From Phycisphaeraceae bacterium (GTDB lineage: Bacteria > Planctomycetota > Phycisphaerae > Phycisphaerales > Phycisphaeraceae), in NCBI GenBank assembly GCA_963674705.1, contig OY771506.1, positions 4,224,001-4,288,000 on the forward strand: a DNA stretch of 64,000 bases. The letters run 5' to 3'. Position numbers and translations under genes: made by a program. The notes beneath the pieces are model-generated. The model saw only the letters and a list, made by a program, of their open reading frames with translations. It made no database searches and was not told where the DNA came from. Each line of letters opens with the position of its first letter. The stretch's first letter is position 1. This document shows, piece after piece, positions 21,290 through 30,890 of this stretch.

Positions 21290-22386
21290 TCCTCATCAGG
21301 CTCGACAACCGGAAGCGTTGACATCAGGTCAGACATGCTCTTGCCTGTTTGCTGCCGCAGCAATGAATCTGCTTCCTGTACTTCGAGCCTTTCCACATGC
21401 CCGTCGGCATACCCCACATTGATTAGTTCGCCGGGTTCACCGGGTGATTGGAAACTCACGATCCGCTGGCTGTCAAAGTCCTGGTCATCATGTGGGATGA
21501 TATATAGACCGGTTGATGCAGACAGGGATTGATTCACTTCAGCGTTACTTATACCTGTGGCTTGTTTGATCGCCGCAGACCGTGTGCTTTCTTCAGTATT
21601 CGGGATGATGGTGGCAGGGCCGGTATCAACCTGTATCAGCACGACAAGCAGCAATCCGAGTGCGACCGCACCGGTTACTGCAACCGAGGCTTTGAGTATC
21701 AGGCTGCCTTTACCGAGGCCGCCGCTGCCGAATGCCATAGGATCGCCACTGACCATGGCCATCTTCCCGAGTTCTGCGCTGACCTGAGGTGGCGCGGCGA
21801 GCGATGTCTGCGCTGTCAATACGCTTGTCAGCGCAGCCAGGCCTACGACGAAGCCGGACTTCTTCAGATGCACGCGAAGTTCCTGCAAGCCTTGCTTGAT
21901 CCGTCGTGAAACAGTCGCGGCCGAAGCGTCTGTCTCCTGGGCAAGTTGACGTTGCGACTTGCCGGCCAGGAAGTGATCGACTAACAGCGAGCGGGTGGGT
22001 TCCGAAAGTTGCGCCAAAGCCTCATCGATCTGTGGCGAAAGGACACTCCAACTGGGGGGATTGGCCTTGCCGTGATAGTACTCACTGCTGTAGATACGTT
22101 CTCTTTTTGTTCTTGCAGAGTCGCTTCGTAATACATCCAGAGAACGGCGGGTAGCTGTGCGGTGCAGCCAGGCCCCGACAGAGCGATTCACGGTACCGGG
22201 CGAACTCATCAGACGGTAGAAAGTGTCTTGGGCGGCGTCCTCAGCCAAGGCTTTGTCGTGGAGCACACGCAGGCAGGTATGGTAAACGAGCGAGGTGTAC
22301 CGACGGACTAACTCACCGAACGCATCCGGGTCGCCACCCTTTGCGTAGCGTTTGAGCAGGTCGAGATCGGCTTCAGACTTAAGCAT
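21286..22386 (-). CDS. ECF sigma factor with C-terminal TM extension and DGHV-motif domain
   Basis: AFGELVRRY, AEDAAQDTF, AWLHRTA, region-4 HTH ATVSRRI; then a TM helix and NVGYADGHVE. Confidence 0.88.
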   Translation of the reverse strand: MLKSEADLDLLKRYAKGGDPDAFGELVRRYTSLVYHTCLRVLHDKALAEDAAQDTFYRLMSSPGTVNRSVGAWLHRTATRRSLDVLRSDSARTKRERIYSSEYYHGKANPPSWSVLSPQIDEALAQLSEPTRSLLVDHFLAGKSQRQLAQETDASAATVSRRIKQGLQELRVHLKKSGFVVGLAALTSVLTAQTSLAAPPQVSAELGKMAMVSGDPMAFGSGGLGKGSLILKASVAVTGAVALGLLLVVLIQVDTGPATIIPNTEESTRSAAIKQATGISNAEVNQSLSASTGLYIIPHDDQDFDSQRIVSFQSPGEPGELINVGYADGHVERLEVQEADSLLRQQTGKSMSDLMSTLPVVEPDED

Positions 22387-22470
22387 GTGTCGTTCACCCT
22401 GGCTGGGTATTCATCTGCATGGTTATCTCAACAATCTATCAATCAGGACGTAGCCGGGAATCAGGGGCTT

Positions 22471-23583
22471 TCATTTACCCGTATCTTTTCGTAAATTCCC
22501 TGGCCCTAACACCCGATTAACCTCCGTCTCATCCGTGATACCCGATAGGACCAGGTCCCGGGCCGACTCGGCAAGCGTCTGATAACCAGCCTGCCCGTGT
22601 AAGGCTTGTGACAGCGCCTGGGTATCGCAGCGTCGGCTGATCGCATCGCGTGTGGTCGTATCGATATAGGCAAATTCGCATAGTGGCGTCCGGCCCATGT
22701 ACCTGGCTGATTCGTTTTGCGAGTTGGATAAGCGTCGCACCAATCGCATCGAGGCCACGCCGAAAAGGGCGCTTGCCACCTGGTAAGGTTCGATCCCCAT
22801 CTCGATCAGCCGAACGATCGCGCCGGCGGGAGATGAGGCATGGAGCGTAGAGATCAATCGATGGCCGGATAGGGCGGCCTGGATCGCGATGCCGGCGGTC
22901 TGCTCATCCCGGATCTCACCCAGTGCCAGCACCTGGGGGTCCTGGCGTAACATGCTGCGTAAAACCTTTTCGTAGGACAGTTCACCAAAGGGAGACACTT
23001 CGATCTGCGTCACACCGGGGATGTCGCGTTCCACAGGGTCTTCCAGTGCGATCACGCTCAGGCCCGGCGATGTCGCCACGATATGCTCAAGCAGCGCGTA
23101 GATCGTTGTGGTCTTACCCGAACCGGCTGGGCCACAGAGCAAGAGCATCCCACTGTCAGATTGAGCGTAATCTTTGAAGCCCTGCATGGCCCTGCCAGAC
23201 AATCCCAATCGGTCCAGGGTTCTGGGCTGGATCAACTCGGCCGGCAGACGCACGACCGCACGCAATGAGTGGGTCGTAGGCATCACCGCCAGACGCAGGT
23301 CGATCGCCCGATCCAAGGATGGGACGCGAACCGTCAATCGGCCTTCCTGCGGGACATCCTGCCTGTAGGTCAGCAACTGTGCTGCGACCATCAGCCGATT
23401 GACGTAGCTGCGACCGGTAGCAAAGTCCAGTGATTCGATCTTCTCCAGCAAGCCATCGATGCGGAAGCGTAGTTCGTAACCCTCCCTCGTCGGCTCGAGG
23501 TGGATATCCGAAGCCCTGCGCTCGACAGCGTCCACCAGAAGGGCTTCGACCGCGATACGTGCATCTGTCGTCGGCTTGGACAT
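22471..23583 (-). CDS. GspE/PulE family secretion ATPase (short, lacking the N-terminal domain)
   Basis: ASDIHLEP, RIDG, PQEGR, GPAGSGKTTT, LEDPVE, LRQDP, GEIRD, SGH, STLHA. Confidence 0.93.
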   Translation of the reverse strand: MSKPTTDARIAVEALLVDAVERRASDIHLEPTREGYELRFRIDGLLEKIESLDFATGRSYVNRLMVAAQLLTYRQDVPQEGRLTVRVPSLDRAIDLRLAVMPTTHSLRAVVRLPAELIQPRTLDRLGLSGRAMQGFKDYAQSDSGMLLLCGPAGSGKTTTIYALLEHIVATSPGLSVIALEDPVERDIPGVTQIEVSPFGELSYEKVLRSMLRQDPQVLALGEIRDEQTAGIAIQAALSGHRLISTLHASSPAGAIVRLIEMGIEPYQVASALFGVASMRLVRRLSNSQNESARYMGRTPLCEFAYIDTTTRDAISRRCDTQALSQALHGQAGYQTLAESARDLVLSGITDETEVNRVLGPGNLRKDTGK

Positions 23584-23701
23584 CGGGCCTCCGCTTAACA
23601 GTTTAACAGCCGTCTATTCATAAAGACGAGACAAGATGTGTGTCATTTGCAGGAAAACCACCTGCGGGGCGATCGATCGAGGTTTTCGATACTATCCATG
23701 C

Positions 23702-24448
23702 ATGCCAGAACCCGAAAAGCCCAGCCCAATGCCTATCCCGTCGTTCATGCCGGACGACTTAGCCCGCCTGGGCCTTGATATCACCCCAAGCACGCTTGAG
23801 CAGTTAGCTGGGTATCTGAGCCTGTTGCTGGACGCCAATACCCGCGTAAATCTGACGGCGATCAAGGACCCTGACACGGCCTGGCGACGGCTGATCACGG
23901 ACAGCCTGACCTTGTTGCCCGGTCTGGAGCAACTTGAATCCGGCGCACGTATCATCGATGTGGGTACCGGCGGGGGGCTGCCGGGCATGCCGCTGGCGAT
24001 CGCAAGACCCGACCTCGAATTCACGCTGCTTGACGCGACCGGCAAGAAGGTGAACTTCCTCAAGTCCTGTATCGAACAACTCGGGCTTAAGAATGTGCAG
24101 GCCATCCAGAACCGCGCGGAAGTCATCGGCCATGATTCTGTTTATCGCCAGAAGTACGACCTGGCGGTGGTCCGAGCGGTGGGAAAGGTTTCCGAGATCG
24201 CCGAGTATTGCCTGCCGTTAGTTAAAGAAGGCGGTCGTATGCTCGCGATGAAAGGCAGCGCCGCGGAACAGGAACTCGATGATGCGGGTGATGCCCTTAG
24301 CATACTGGGCGCCGGAGATTTGGCACTGATTGATGCATACCCTAAGGGATTCGATAGCGAACTGGTTCTGATCAGTGTGATCAAAGACCGGTCTACACCC
24401 AAGAAGTACCCGAGGGAAACTGGGACTCCGAGGAAGGTGCCTTTATAA
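23702..24448 (+). CDS. rsmG: 16S rRNA m7G527 methyltransferase
   Basis: NLTAI, IDVGTGGGLPG, LDATGKK, RAV, KYPR. Confidence 0.95.
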   Translation: MPEPEKPSPMPIPSFMPDDLARLGLDITPSTLEQLAGYLSLLLDANTRVNLTAIKDPDTAWRRLITDSLTLLPGLEQLESGARIIDVGTGGGLPGMPLAIARPDLEFTLLDATGKKVNFLKSCIEQLGLKNVQAIQNRAEVIGHDSVYRQKYDLAVVRAVGKVSEIAEYCLPLVKEGGRMLAMKGSAAEQELDDAGDALSILGAGDLALIDAYPKGFDSELVLISVIKDRSTPKKYPRETGTPRKVPL

Positions 24449-24463
24449 AAGAACGACTTTATA

Positions 24464-24496
24464 CCCGGACCTTCGCTTCGCTCAGGACCGGCGTTG
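24464..24496. repeat. Dispersed REP-like element CCCGGxCCTTCGCTTCGCTCAGxACCGGCGTTG (second copy 53341-53373)
   Basis: Two near-identical 33-mers, each lying between co-oriented genes. Confidence 0.8.
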
Positions 24497-24549
24497 TTAG
24501 AGACTCAGTATTCCGACACCCGATACCCGATACCCGAACAACGATAACC

Positions 24550-25197
24550 ATGCCTGATACACTCAAAACCAAACGCTTCTGCCTGGGAGACTGGGCGACA
24601 AACTGTTACCTCGTTTACAGCGACTCCGGTGCGTGCTGGATTATTGATGCCGGGTTCGAGCCGGATTATCTGCTGCGATACATCAGCGAAAAGAACCTCA
24701 AGCCGGAAAAGGTCATCCTGACACACGCCCACGTCGATCACATCGGCGGATTGGCTGAGGTCCAGCAGGCTTACCCGGATATCCCGATATTGATCCACGG
24801 AGCCGAAGTTGACTTCCTGACCGACCCGATGCTGAACCTGTCCCTGATGGCAGGATTCGAACTGATTGCACCACAGCAGACAGGCACACTGGCCCACGGC
24901 GACACACTCACACTCGAAGGCGTCGAATTCGAGGTCCGGCATACGCCCGGGCACAGCCCCGGCGGGATATGTCTCTACCAGCAGGCACACAACCTGGCGA
25001 TCGTTGGTGACACTCTGTTCGCCGGGTCCATCGGGCGGCACGACTTTCCGACATCAGATGGCAGGGCCTTGCTGCAAGGTATCCATGAGCAATTGATGAC
25101 GCTGCCCGATGAAACGCGCGTGCTGCCGGGGCACGGCCCTGAGACGACAATAGGCAACGAAAGAGTGAGTAATCCCTTCCTTCAAGGCGGATGGTAG
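24550..25197 (+). CDS. MBL-fold metallo-hydrolase (glyoxalase II/YcbL-like)
   Basis: THAHVDHIGG, HTPGHSPG, GDTLFAGSIGR, PGHG. Confidence 0.93.
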   Translation: MPDTLKTKRFCLGDWATNCYLVYSDSGACWIIDAGFEPDYLLRYISEKNLKPEKVILTHAHVDHIGGLAEVQQAYPDIPILIHGAEVDFLTDPMLNLSLMAGFELIAPQQTGTLAHGDTLTLEGVEFEVRHTPGHSPGGICLYQQAHNLAIVGDTLFAGSIGRHDFPTSDGRALLQGIHEQLMTLPDETRVLPGHGPETTIGNERVSNPFLQGGW

Positions 25198-25212
25198 GAT
25201 TGATCGTCTAAC

Positions 25213-26139
25213 CTACTTTGCCATATCGAATGATACCGCCACGGGCAGGTGGTCCGATCCTTTGGTCACTTCGGGATCATTGAGAATTTGTGCAGATTCA
25301 GGGATCAACCTATCTGCCATCGCGGGGCTGGCGAAGATGAAGTCGATCACGGAGTTCGGGAAGCGCTCGCTGGGATAAGTGGTGCGGTCTTCCATGGGGA
25401 TCAAGCGATGGCAGTCGGTCAGCGCGAAGTTGTCCGGGGTGGGTTGCATGATGATGGAGATCGCGGGTTCGCCCGGCTGGGAATTGAAGTCGCCCATCAG
25501 GATGATTTTTTCATCGGGGTTTATTGAGAGCATTCGGCCGATGACTTCGTGGATGCGCATCGCTTCGCTGCTGCGCCACATCACGCTCTGCGGATCGCCA
25601 TCTCGGCTGCCTTTGCTCTTAAGGTGCACGACAAAGACATTGAGCAACTCACCGTTGCCCAGTTCCAGCTTGGCGTGGAACAGATCGCGTGCAAAATGCC
25701 AGGTCTGATCAACGTCCGGATGGTGCAGGGTCTGCCAGCGGTAGCTGGTGATGCTGTAAATAGGGAGCCGACTGATTAAACCGAGTTTGATGCCGCGTTC
25801 ATCATTGGTAAGCGGCACCGCGACGTATTGATAGCCCATCCCAGGCAGGTATTCATCGACCAGGGCTTGAAGCACCGCTTCGTTTTCCACTTCCTCGAAT
25901 CCGACCACATCCGCGTCGAGCTCTTTCAAGGCGGCGGCAATCTGCTCATATTCCCAGCGGAGCTTGACGTCCGTCCCCTCATCTCGTGTGTAGGGATCGT
26001 CGTACACATCAAAAGCGTTTTCGATGTTATAGGCGGCAATCTTGAGCGGGCGTTGCGGTGGCATCTGGGCGACAGAAGCCGGTTGGCAGAAACAGACCAC
26101 GCATACGATGCTCAGCCAATAGAAGCAGGATTTATTCAC
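25213..26139 (-). CDS. Secreted endonuclease/exonuclease/phosphatase family protein
   Basis: Signal peptide; YNIEN, EVEN, HLKS, GDFN, IDFI, SDHLPV. Confidence 0.9.
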   Translation of the reverse strand: MNKSCFYWLSIVCVVCFCQPASVAQMPPQRPLKIAAYNIENAFDVYDDPYTRDEGTDVKLRWEYEQIAAALKELDADVVGFEEVENEAVLQALVDEYLPGMGYQYVAVPLTNDERGIKLGLISRLPIYSITSYRWQTLHHPDVDQTWHFARDLFHAKLELGNGELLNVFVVHLKSKGSRDGDPQSVMWRSSEAMRIHEVIGRMLSINPDEKIILMGDFNSQPGEPAISIIMQPTPDNFALTDCHRLIPMEDRTTYPSERFPNSVIDFIFASPAMADRLIPESAQILNDPEVTKGSDHLPVAVSFDMAK

Positions 26140-26203
26140 AGCAGATCTCCTGATGGATGTTGAACTTGGGAATCTTATTCTAACAGCAGATCTGATCCGT
26201 CAA

Positions 26204-28087
26204 TCATCCAGATGGAAACTCTGCCGTCACATCTTTGAGCCAACGGCCCCACAGTGACAGTTGCAGCAGGGCGAAGAGACGGTGGGTATGGTCGTCTTTT
26301 TGATTGATATGGGCTTCAAAGAGCTTGTTAACCTGCTTCTGATCGATACCCAGTGAATCAAGCACCGGGTCTTTGAGCCGATCCGCCAGGTCGTCGCGCA
26401 GATTTTCTCTGAACCAGCGTCCGACCGGGATGGCAAACCCACGTTTGGGCCGGTCTACGATAGATTCAGGCAGGTATCGAGCGGCAACACGACGTAACAA
26501 GCCTTTCTGTCTGCCGCCGGGCATGAGGACAGAGGTCGGCAGGTGCCCGGCGAGGTCCGTGACTTGTGTATCCAGCATCGGGCACCGTACCTCAAGCGCT
26601 ACAGCCATCGAGGAGCGATCAACTTTACGCAACAGTTCAAATGGCAGGTAATGACGCAAGTCCCAGCGCATCGCGGCATGGGCGACATCCGGCTCGTCAG
26701 GCCAGGCGGACATGATGTTGGTTGTTAACACATCACGTAAACCCGGCGAGAGCAGGGCGATCTGCTCATCCGTGAACAGGTGGATCATCCTGGCGTATTG
26801 GCCGGCGGGTGTTCGTCCCTTCGCGGCGCTGGCCAAGCGTTGCACACGCGTTAGAAGCGATCGTTCATTGGCACTGCGGAACAGTCCCATCGGTGCATAG
26901 AGCAGCCACCACGCGTGGCGATCCAGGATCGACATCGCTCGGTAGCGATCGTATCCGCCGAATAACTCATCACCGCCGTCTCCTGATAGGGCAACGGAAA
27001 CATGCTTTTTGGCTTCCCGGCAAAGCCAGTGGCTCGGAAGCATCCCGCTGTCGGCGCTGGGTTCACCGGCTACTTGCATCAGGTATTGCAAGTCCGCCAT
27101 AACATCGGAAGCGTCTGCCATCAGTTCGGTATGCTCCGAGCCGATGTGTTTGGCGACCGTGCGGGCATGCGGCGACTCATCGTACAACGCGTCCGGCATG
27201 GCGACGCTGAAAGTGCGCAGCCTGCCGCCGTTGAGCCGTTTGAGTTCCTGTTGGGCGATCGCGGCGATCAGCGAAGAATCGATCCCACCGGACAGGAAAC
27301 AGCCTAAAGGCACATCCGCCTCGAGCCGAACCGCCACGGCCTCAGCCAGGACTTCGTTGACGCTGTCGATCGCACCGATGGATGTGCTTGTTCGCGAAAT
27401 CGGAGGGGCTTGCCAGTAGCGTTCAAGCTGCACCTTGCCTGATGGGTCAACCAGCATCCAATGGGCCGGCGGCACCTCAGAAGTATCCCGCAACATGGAT
27501 GAACCGAACGGATAGCCCAGCCGCAGGAAGGTCAGCAGCGCATCCTGATCGATCTGCGTTCGACAGGTCGGGTCTGCAGCGAGCGTGGCGGGCAGGCTGG
27601 CAAAGGTGAATTCGTCCGAGCGTTGACGGATGTACAGCGGCTTTTTCCCGGTCCGGTCACGTGCCAGGTAAAGCTCACGCTTGTCTTCATCCCATATCGC
27701 AAACGCGAACATGCCACGCAGGTGCTTGGGAAGCTCCTTGCCGAATGCGCGATAACCCAGCAACAGGGCTTCAGTGTCGCTGTGGTCTGAACTGAACTGG
27801 TATCCGCGCTTGATCAGTTTGGAACGTAATGAGCGGTGATTGTAGACCTCGCCGTTAAAAACCAGGTGCAGAGGGCCTGACTTGTCGGTGCGCGGCGCGT
27901 GCATCGGTTGCTCACCGCCGAGTGCATCGATCACCGCGAGCCGTGCATGAATCAGCGTACAGCGGAGGTGCTCGCTGATCCCGTTGCCATCCGGACCACG
28001 ATGCAGCATATGTGACAGCATCTTCTCGGCACGCTGCCGATCGATCGGCCGGTCATCGAATCTCACGATTCCTGCTATTCCGCACAT
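26204..28087 (-). CDS. asnB: Asparagine synthase (glutamine-hydrolysing)-family amidotransferase
   Basis: N-terminal MCGIAG, HRGPD, FNGEVYN, LSGGIDSS, SGDGGDELFGGY. Confidence 0.95.
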   Translation of the reverse strand: MCGIAGIVRFDDRPIDRQRAEKMLSHMLHRGPDGNGISEHLRCTLIHARLAVIDALGGEQPMHAPRTDKSGPLHLVFNGEVYNHRSLRSKLIKRGYQFSSDHSDTEALLLGYRAFGKELPKHLRGMFAFAIWDEDKRELYLARDRTGKKPLYIRQRSDEFTFASLPATLAADPTCRTQIDQDALLTFLRLGYPFGSSMLRDTSEVPPAHWMLVDPSGKVQLERYWQAPPISRTSTSIGAIDSVNEVLAEAVAVRLEADVPLGCFLSGGIDSSLIAAIAQQELKRLNGGRLRTFSVAMPDALYDESPHARTVAKHIGSEHTELMADASDVMADLQYLMQVAGEPSADSGMLPSHWLCREAKKHVSVALSGDGGDELFGGYDRYRAMSILDRHAWWLLYAPMGLFRSANERSLLTRVQRLASAAKGRTPAGQYARMIHLFTDEQIALLSPGLRDVLTTNIMSAWPDEPDVAHAAMRWDLRHYLPFELLRKVDRSSMAVALEVRCPMLDTQVTDLAGHLPTSVLMPGGRQKGLLRRVAARYLPESIVDRPKRGFAIPVGRWFRENLRDDLADRLKDPVLDSLGIDQKQVNKLFEAHINQKDDHTHRLFALLQLSLWGRWLKDVTAEFPSG

Positions 28088-28189
28088 GGCTCGGGTCTCG
28101 TTATTCGGGTATCGGGTGTCGGCCACTTCAACCGAGTAACGGATATCTATATCTACCGATACCCGAAACCCGATACCCCAAACCCGATT

Positions 28190-29971
28190 TTACATCTTCT
28201 CCGGCAGATCCAGCTTCACGTGCAGTTCCTGCAACTGTGCCTCGTCCACCGGTGATGGAGCCTGCGTCATCAGGTCGACGCCGGTCTGGGTCTTCGGGAA
28301 CGCGATCACATCGCGGATGTTGCTGGTGTTGCACAGGTGCATGACAACACGGTCCAGGCCGAAGGCAATCCCACCGTGCGGCGGCGCGCCGTAGTTCAGT
28401 GCGTCCAGCAGGAAGCCGAACTTCACCTTGGCTGATTCGGGCGTGATTCCCAGCAGACCGAAGACCTTCTCCTGGATGTCCATGCGGTGGATACGGATCG
28501 AGCCGCCACCGAGTTCCGAACCGTTGAGCACCAGGTCGTAGGCCTGGCTGAGTACCGAACCGGGGTCGGATTCGAGCTTCTCGAGGTCTTCTTCGTTCGG
28601 TGCGGTGAACGGGTGGTGCAGGCTGTCCCATCGCTTCTGGTCGGTGCTCCACTCAACCAGCGGGAAGTCGACGATCCAGACCCATTCCCACTGGCCGGGT
28701 TCGATCATGCCAAGGTCATGAGCCAGCTTCACACGCAGTTCGCCCAGCACGCGGGCCACCGTAGCGGGCACGGCATCGACGCCGAAGCAGATCAGGTCGC
28801 CGTCTTCTGCTTCCATCCGTTTAAGCAGGTCATCCGTGATGGGTGCGACGAACTTGGACACGCCAGTCGTCAACTGGCCGCCTTCCACCTTGCAGATGGG
28901 CAGGCCGCCGGCGCCGAACTGCTTGACCCACTCTGCCAAGGCATCGGTTTCCTTTCGGCTCATCTTCGCGCCGCCCGGCACGCGGATCGCCTTGACGACG
29001 CCGCCGGATTCGATCGCGCTGTTGAAGACTTTGAACTCGGTCTGTTGGGCAAGGTCGCTGACATCGACCAATTCCATTGCGAACCGCAGGTCGGGCCGGT
29101 CGCTGCCGTAGCGATCCATCGCTTCGGTGTAGGACATACGACGCACCGGCGGGACATCCACGCCAAGCACATCTTTCCAGACCGCTCGGATCGAACCTTC
29201 ACAGACCTGCATCACGTCTTCAGCGTTGACGAAGCTCATCTCGAGGTCGATCTGCGTGAACTCCGCCTGTCGGTCGGCACGCGGGTCCTCATCGCGGAAG
29301 CAGCGGACGATCTGCAGATACCGTTCACAGCCGGCGACCATCAGGATCTGCTTGAAGAGCTGCGGGCTCTGCGGCAGGGCGTAGAACTCACCTTCCTGAA
29401 GACGTGACGGCACGAGGAAGTCGCGCGCGCCTTCAGGGGTGGACTTGCACAAGAAGGGCGTCTCGATTTCGAGGAACCCGTTCTCCGCGAAGTAGTCACG
29501 CATCACCTTGGTCACGCGCGAGCGCGTTTTCAGGATTTCCTGCATCTTCGGGCGACGCAGGTCGATATAGCGATACTTCAGCCGGGTCTCTTCGCCTGTT
29601 CGATCGGCTTCATCAGGCGTGAACGGCGGGGTCTGGGCCTTGTTAAGGATTTCCAAAGTCTCAGCCTGTACCTCGATCGCGCCAGTCGCGAGCTTGGGGT
29701 TGGTCAGACTTTTGCCTTTGTCGTCGATGCCACGGGCCAGCACCTTGCCGGTGACCTGGATCACGTCCTCGTGACGGAGTTTCTCGGCCAGCGCGTGGGC
29801 CTCGGCCGCCTCGGGGTGGAACACGATCTGGGTGACGCCTGCCCGGTCACGCAGGTCGATGAAGATGACACCGCCGTGATCGCGGTAATTGTTTACCCAA
29901 CCGGCTAAACAGACGGTCTGGTCAACGTGTCCCTCGCGTAGCGAGCCGCAATCGTGTGTGCGTGTTTTCAT
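28190..29971 (-). CDS. aspS: Aspartate--tRNA ligase (RDHGG suggests the non-discriminating type)
   Basis: RDHGGVIFIDLRD, YRYIDLRR, ALPQSPQLFKQ, CFRDED, GAPPHGG. Start set at MKTRTH. Confidence 0.98.
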   Translation of the reverse strand: MKTRTHDCGSLREGHVDQTVCLAGWVNNYRDHGGVIFIDLRDRAGVTQIVFHPEAAEAHALAEKLRHEDVIQVTGKVLARGIDDKGKSLTNPKLATGAIEVQAETLEILNKAQTPPFTPDEADRTGEETRLKYRYIDLRRPKMQEILKTRSRVTKVMRDYFAENGFLEIETPFLCKSTPEGARDFLVPSRLQEGEFYALPQSPQLFKQILMVAGCERYLQIVRCFRDEDPRADRQAEFTQIDLEMSFVNAEDVMQVCEGSIRAVWKDVLGVDVPPVRRMSYTEAMDRYGSDRPDLRFAMELVDVSDLAQQTEFKVFNSAIESGGVVKAIRVPGGAKMSRKETDALAEWVKQFGAGGLPICKVEGGQLTTGVSKFVAPITDDLLKRMEAEDGDLICFGVDAVPATVARVLGELRVKLAHDLGMIEPGQWEWVWIVDFPLVEWSTDQKRWDSLHHPFTAPNEEDLEKLESDPGSVLSQAYDLVLNGSELGGGSIRIHRMDIQEKVFGLLGITPESAKVKFGFLLDALNYGAPPHGGIAFGLDRVVMHLCNTSNIRDVIAFPKTQTGVDLMTQAPSPVDEAQLQELHVKLDLPEKM

Positions 29972-30083
29972 GGTAATTCGGGTATCGGGGTTCGGGTATC
30001 GGGGTTCGGGGCTACGTGGCCTGTTTCGAATCGGGGATGATACCAGACTGTGCGCGTCCTGTAAGATTGCTACACTGATCGGC

Positions 30084-30758
30084 ATGTTTACAGGTATTGT
30101 GCAGACTAAGGGACGTATTTCCGCGATCGAACGCAACGAATTCGGGGCACGACTCCGGGTGGATGGCCAAGGCTGGCCCGATCCGGCTGTTTACCAGCCC
30201 AAACCGGGGGATTCGATCTGTAATAACGGCGTCTGCCTGACGGTCGTCAACATGGACGACGGGCTGATGGCTTTCGATGTGATCGCTGAGACGTTGGCTA
30301 AAACCAACCTAGGCGACCTCAAACCCGGGGACCCGATCAATCTCGAACCGCCGGTCACCGCCAGCCAGCAGCTGGGCGGGCACTTCATGCAGGGCCACGT
30401 CGACGGCGTCGGCGTCGTAACAGAGGTCTATGCCGGCGAAGACGAGTGGCGCGTCACCGTCAAGCCCCCGGCCGACCTGCTGCCTTACATCATCCCCAAG
30501 GGCTCGATCGCCATCGACGGCATCAGCCTGACGCTGGCAGCCGTCCACAAAGACAGCTTCGAGGTCGCCCTGATCCCCACGACGCTGGAGATCACCACCC
30601 TCGGTGAAACCAAGGTCGGTTGCCGCGTCAATCTCGAAGCCGACATCATCAGCAAAACCATTGTGCACCAGCTCATGCGACTGCGCGAACCGGATGGCGA
30701 ATCCTCCGGCCTGACCAAGCAGATGCTGCAGGATGCGGGATTCATTCCCGGTGAATGA
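30084..30758 (+). CDS. ribE: Riboflavin synthase (alpha chain)
   Basis: MFTGIV N-terminus, GVCLTV, GGHFMQGHVDG, KGSIAIDGISLT. Confidence 0.97.
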   Translation: MFTGIVQTKGRISAIERNEFGARLRVDGQGWPDPAVYQPKPGDSICNNGVCLTVVNMDDGLMAFDVIAETLAKTNLGDLKPGDPINLEPPVTASQQLGGHFMQGHVDGVGVVTEVYAGEDEWRVTVKPPADLLPYIIPKGSIAIDGISLTLAAVHKDSFEVALIPTTLEITTLGETKVGCRVNLEADIISKTIVHQLMRLREPDGESSGLTKQMLQDAGFIPGE

Positions 30759-30768
30759 GCACTACCTC

Positions 30769-30858
30769 GTTTAGCGGGCGATCGCAGATCGCCGTGTTTT
30801 ATCTGAGATTAATCATTGATATTAAGACGAAGTGTGGATCTTCGATCCACCGCTAAAC
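30769..30858. repeat. REPIN-like inverted pair between convergent genes
   Basis: Outer arms GTTTAGCGG...CCGCTAAAC enclose two small hairpins (GCGATCGCAGATCGC, GGATCTTCGATCC) and an AT-rich spacer. Confidence 0.65.
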
Positions 30859-30890
30859 ATACTTCGATGCTGTGTTCGATGTGATTTGCC

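Noticed and set aside
28487..29407. Long antisense ORFs over aspS (and similar ones over rpl genes, eno, ggt and PP2C)
   Set aside because: Shadow frames expected from high-GC codon bias opposite well-conserved genes.
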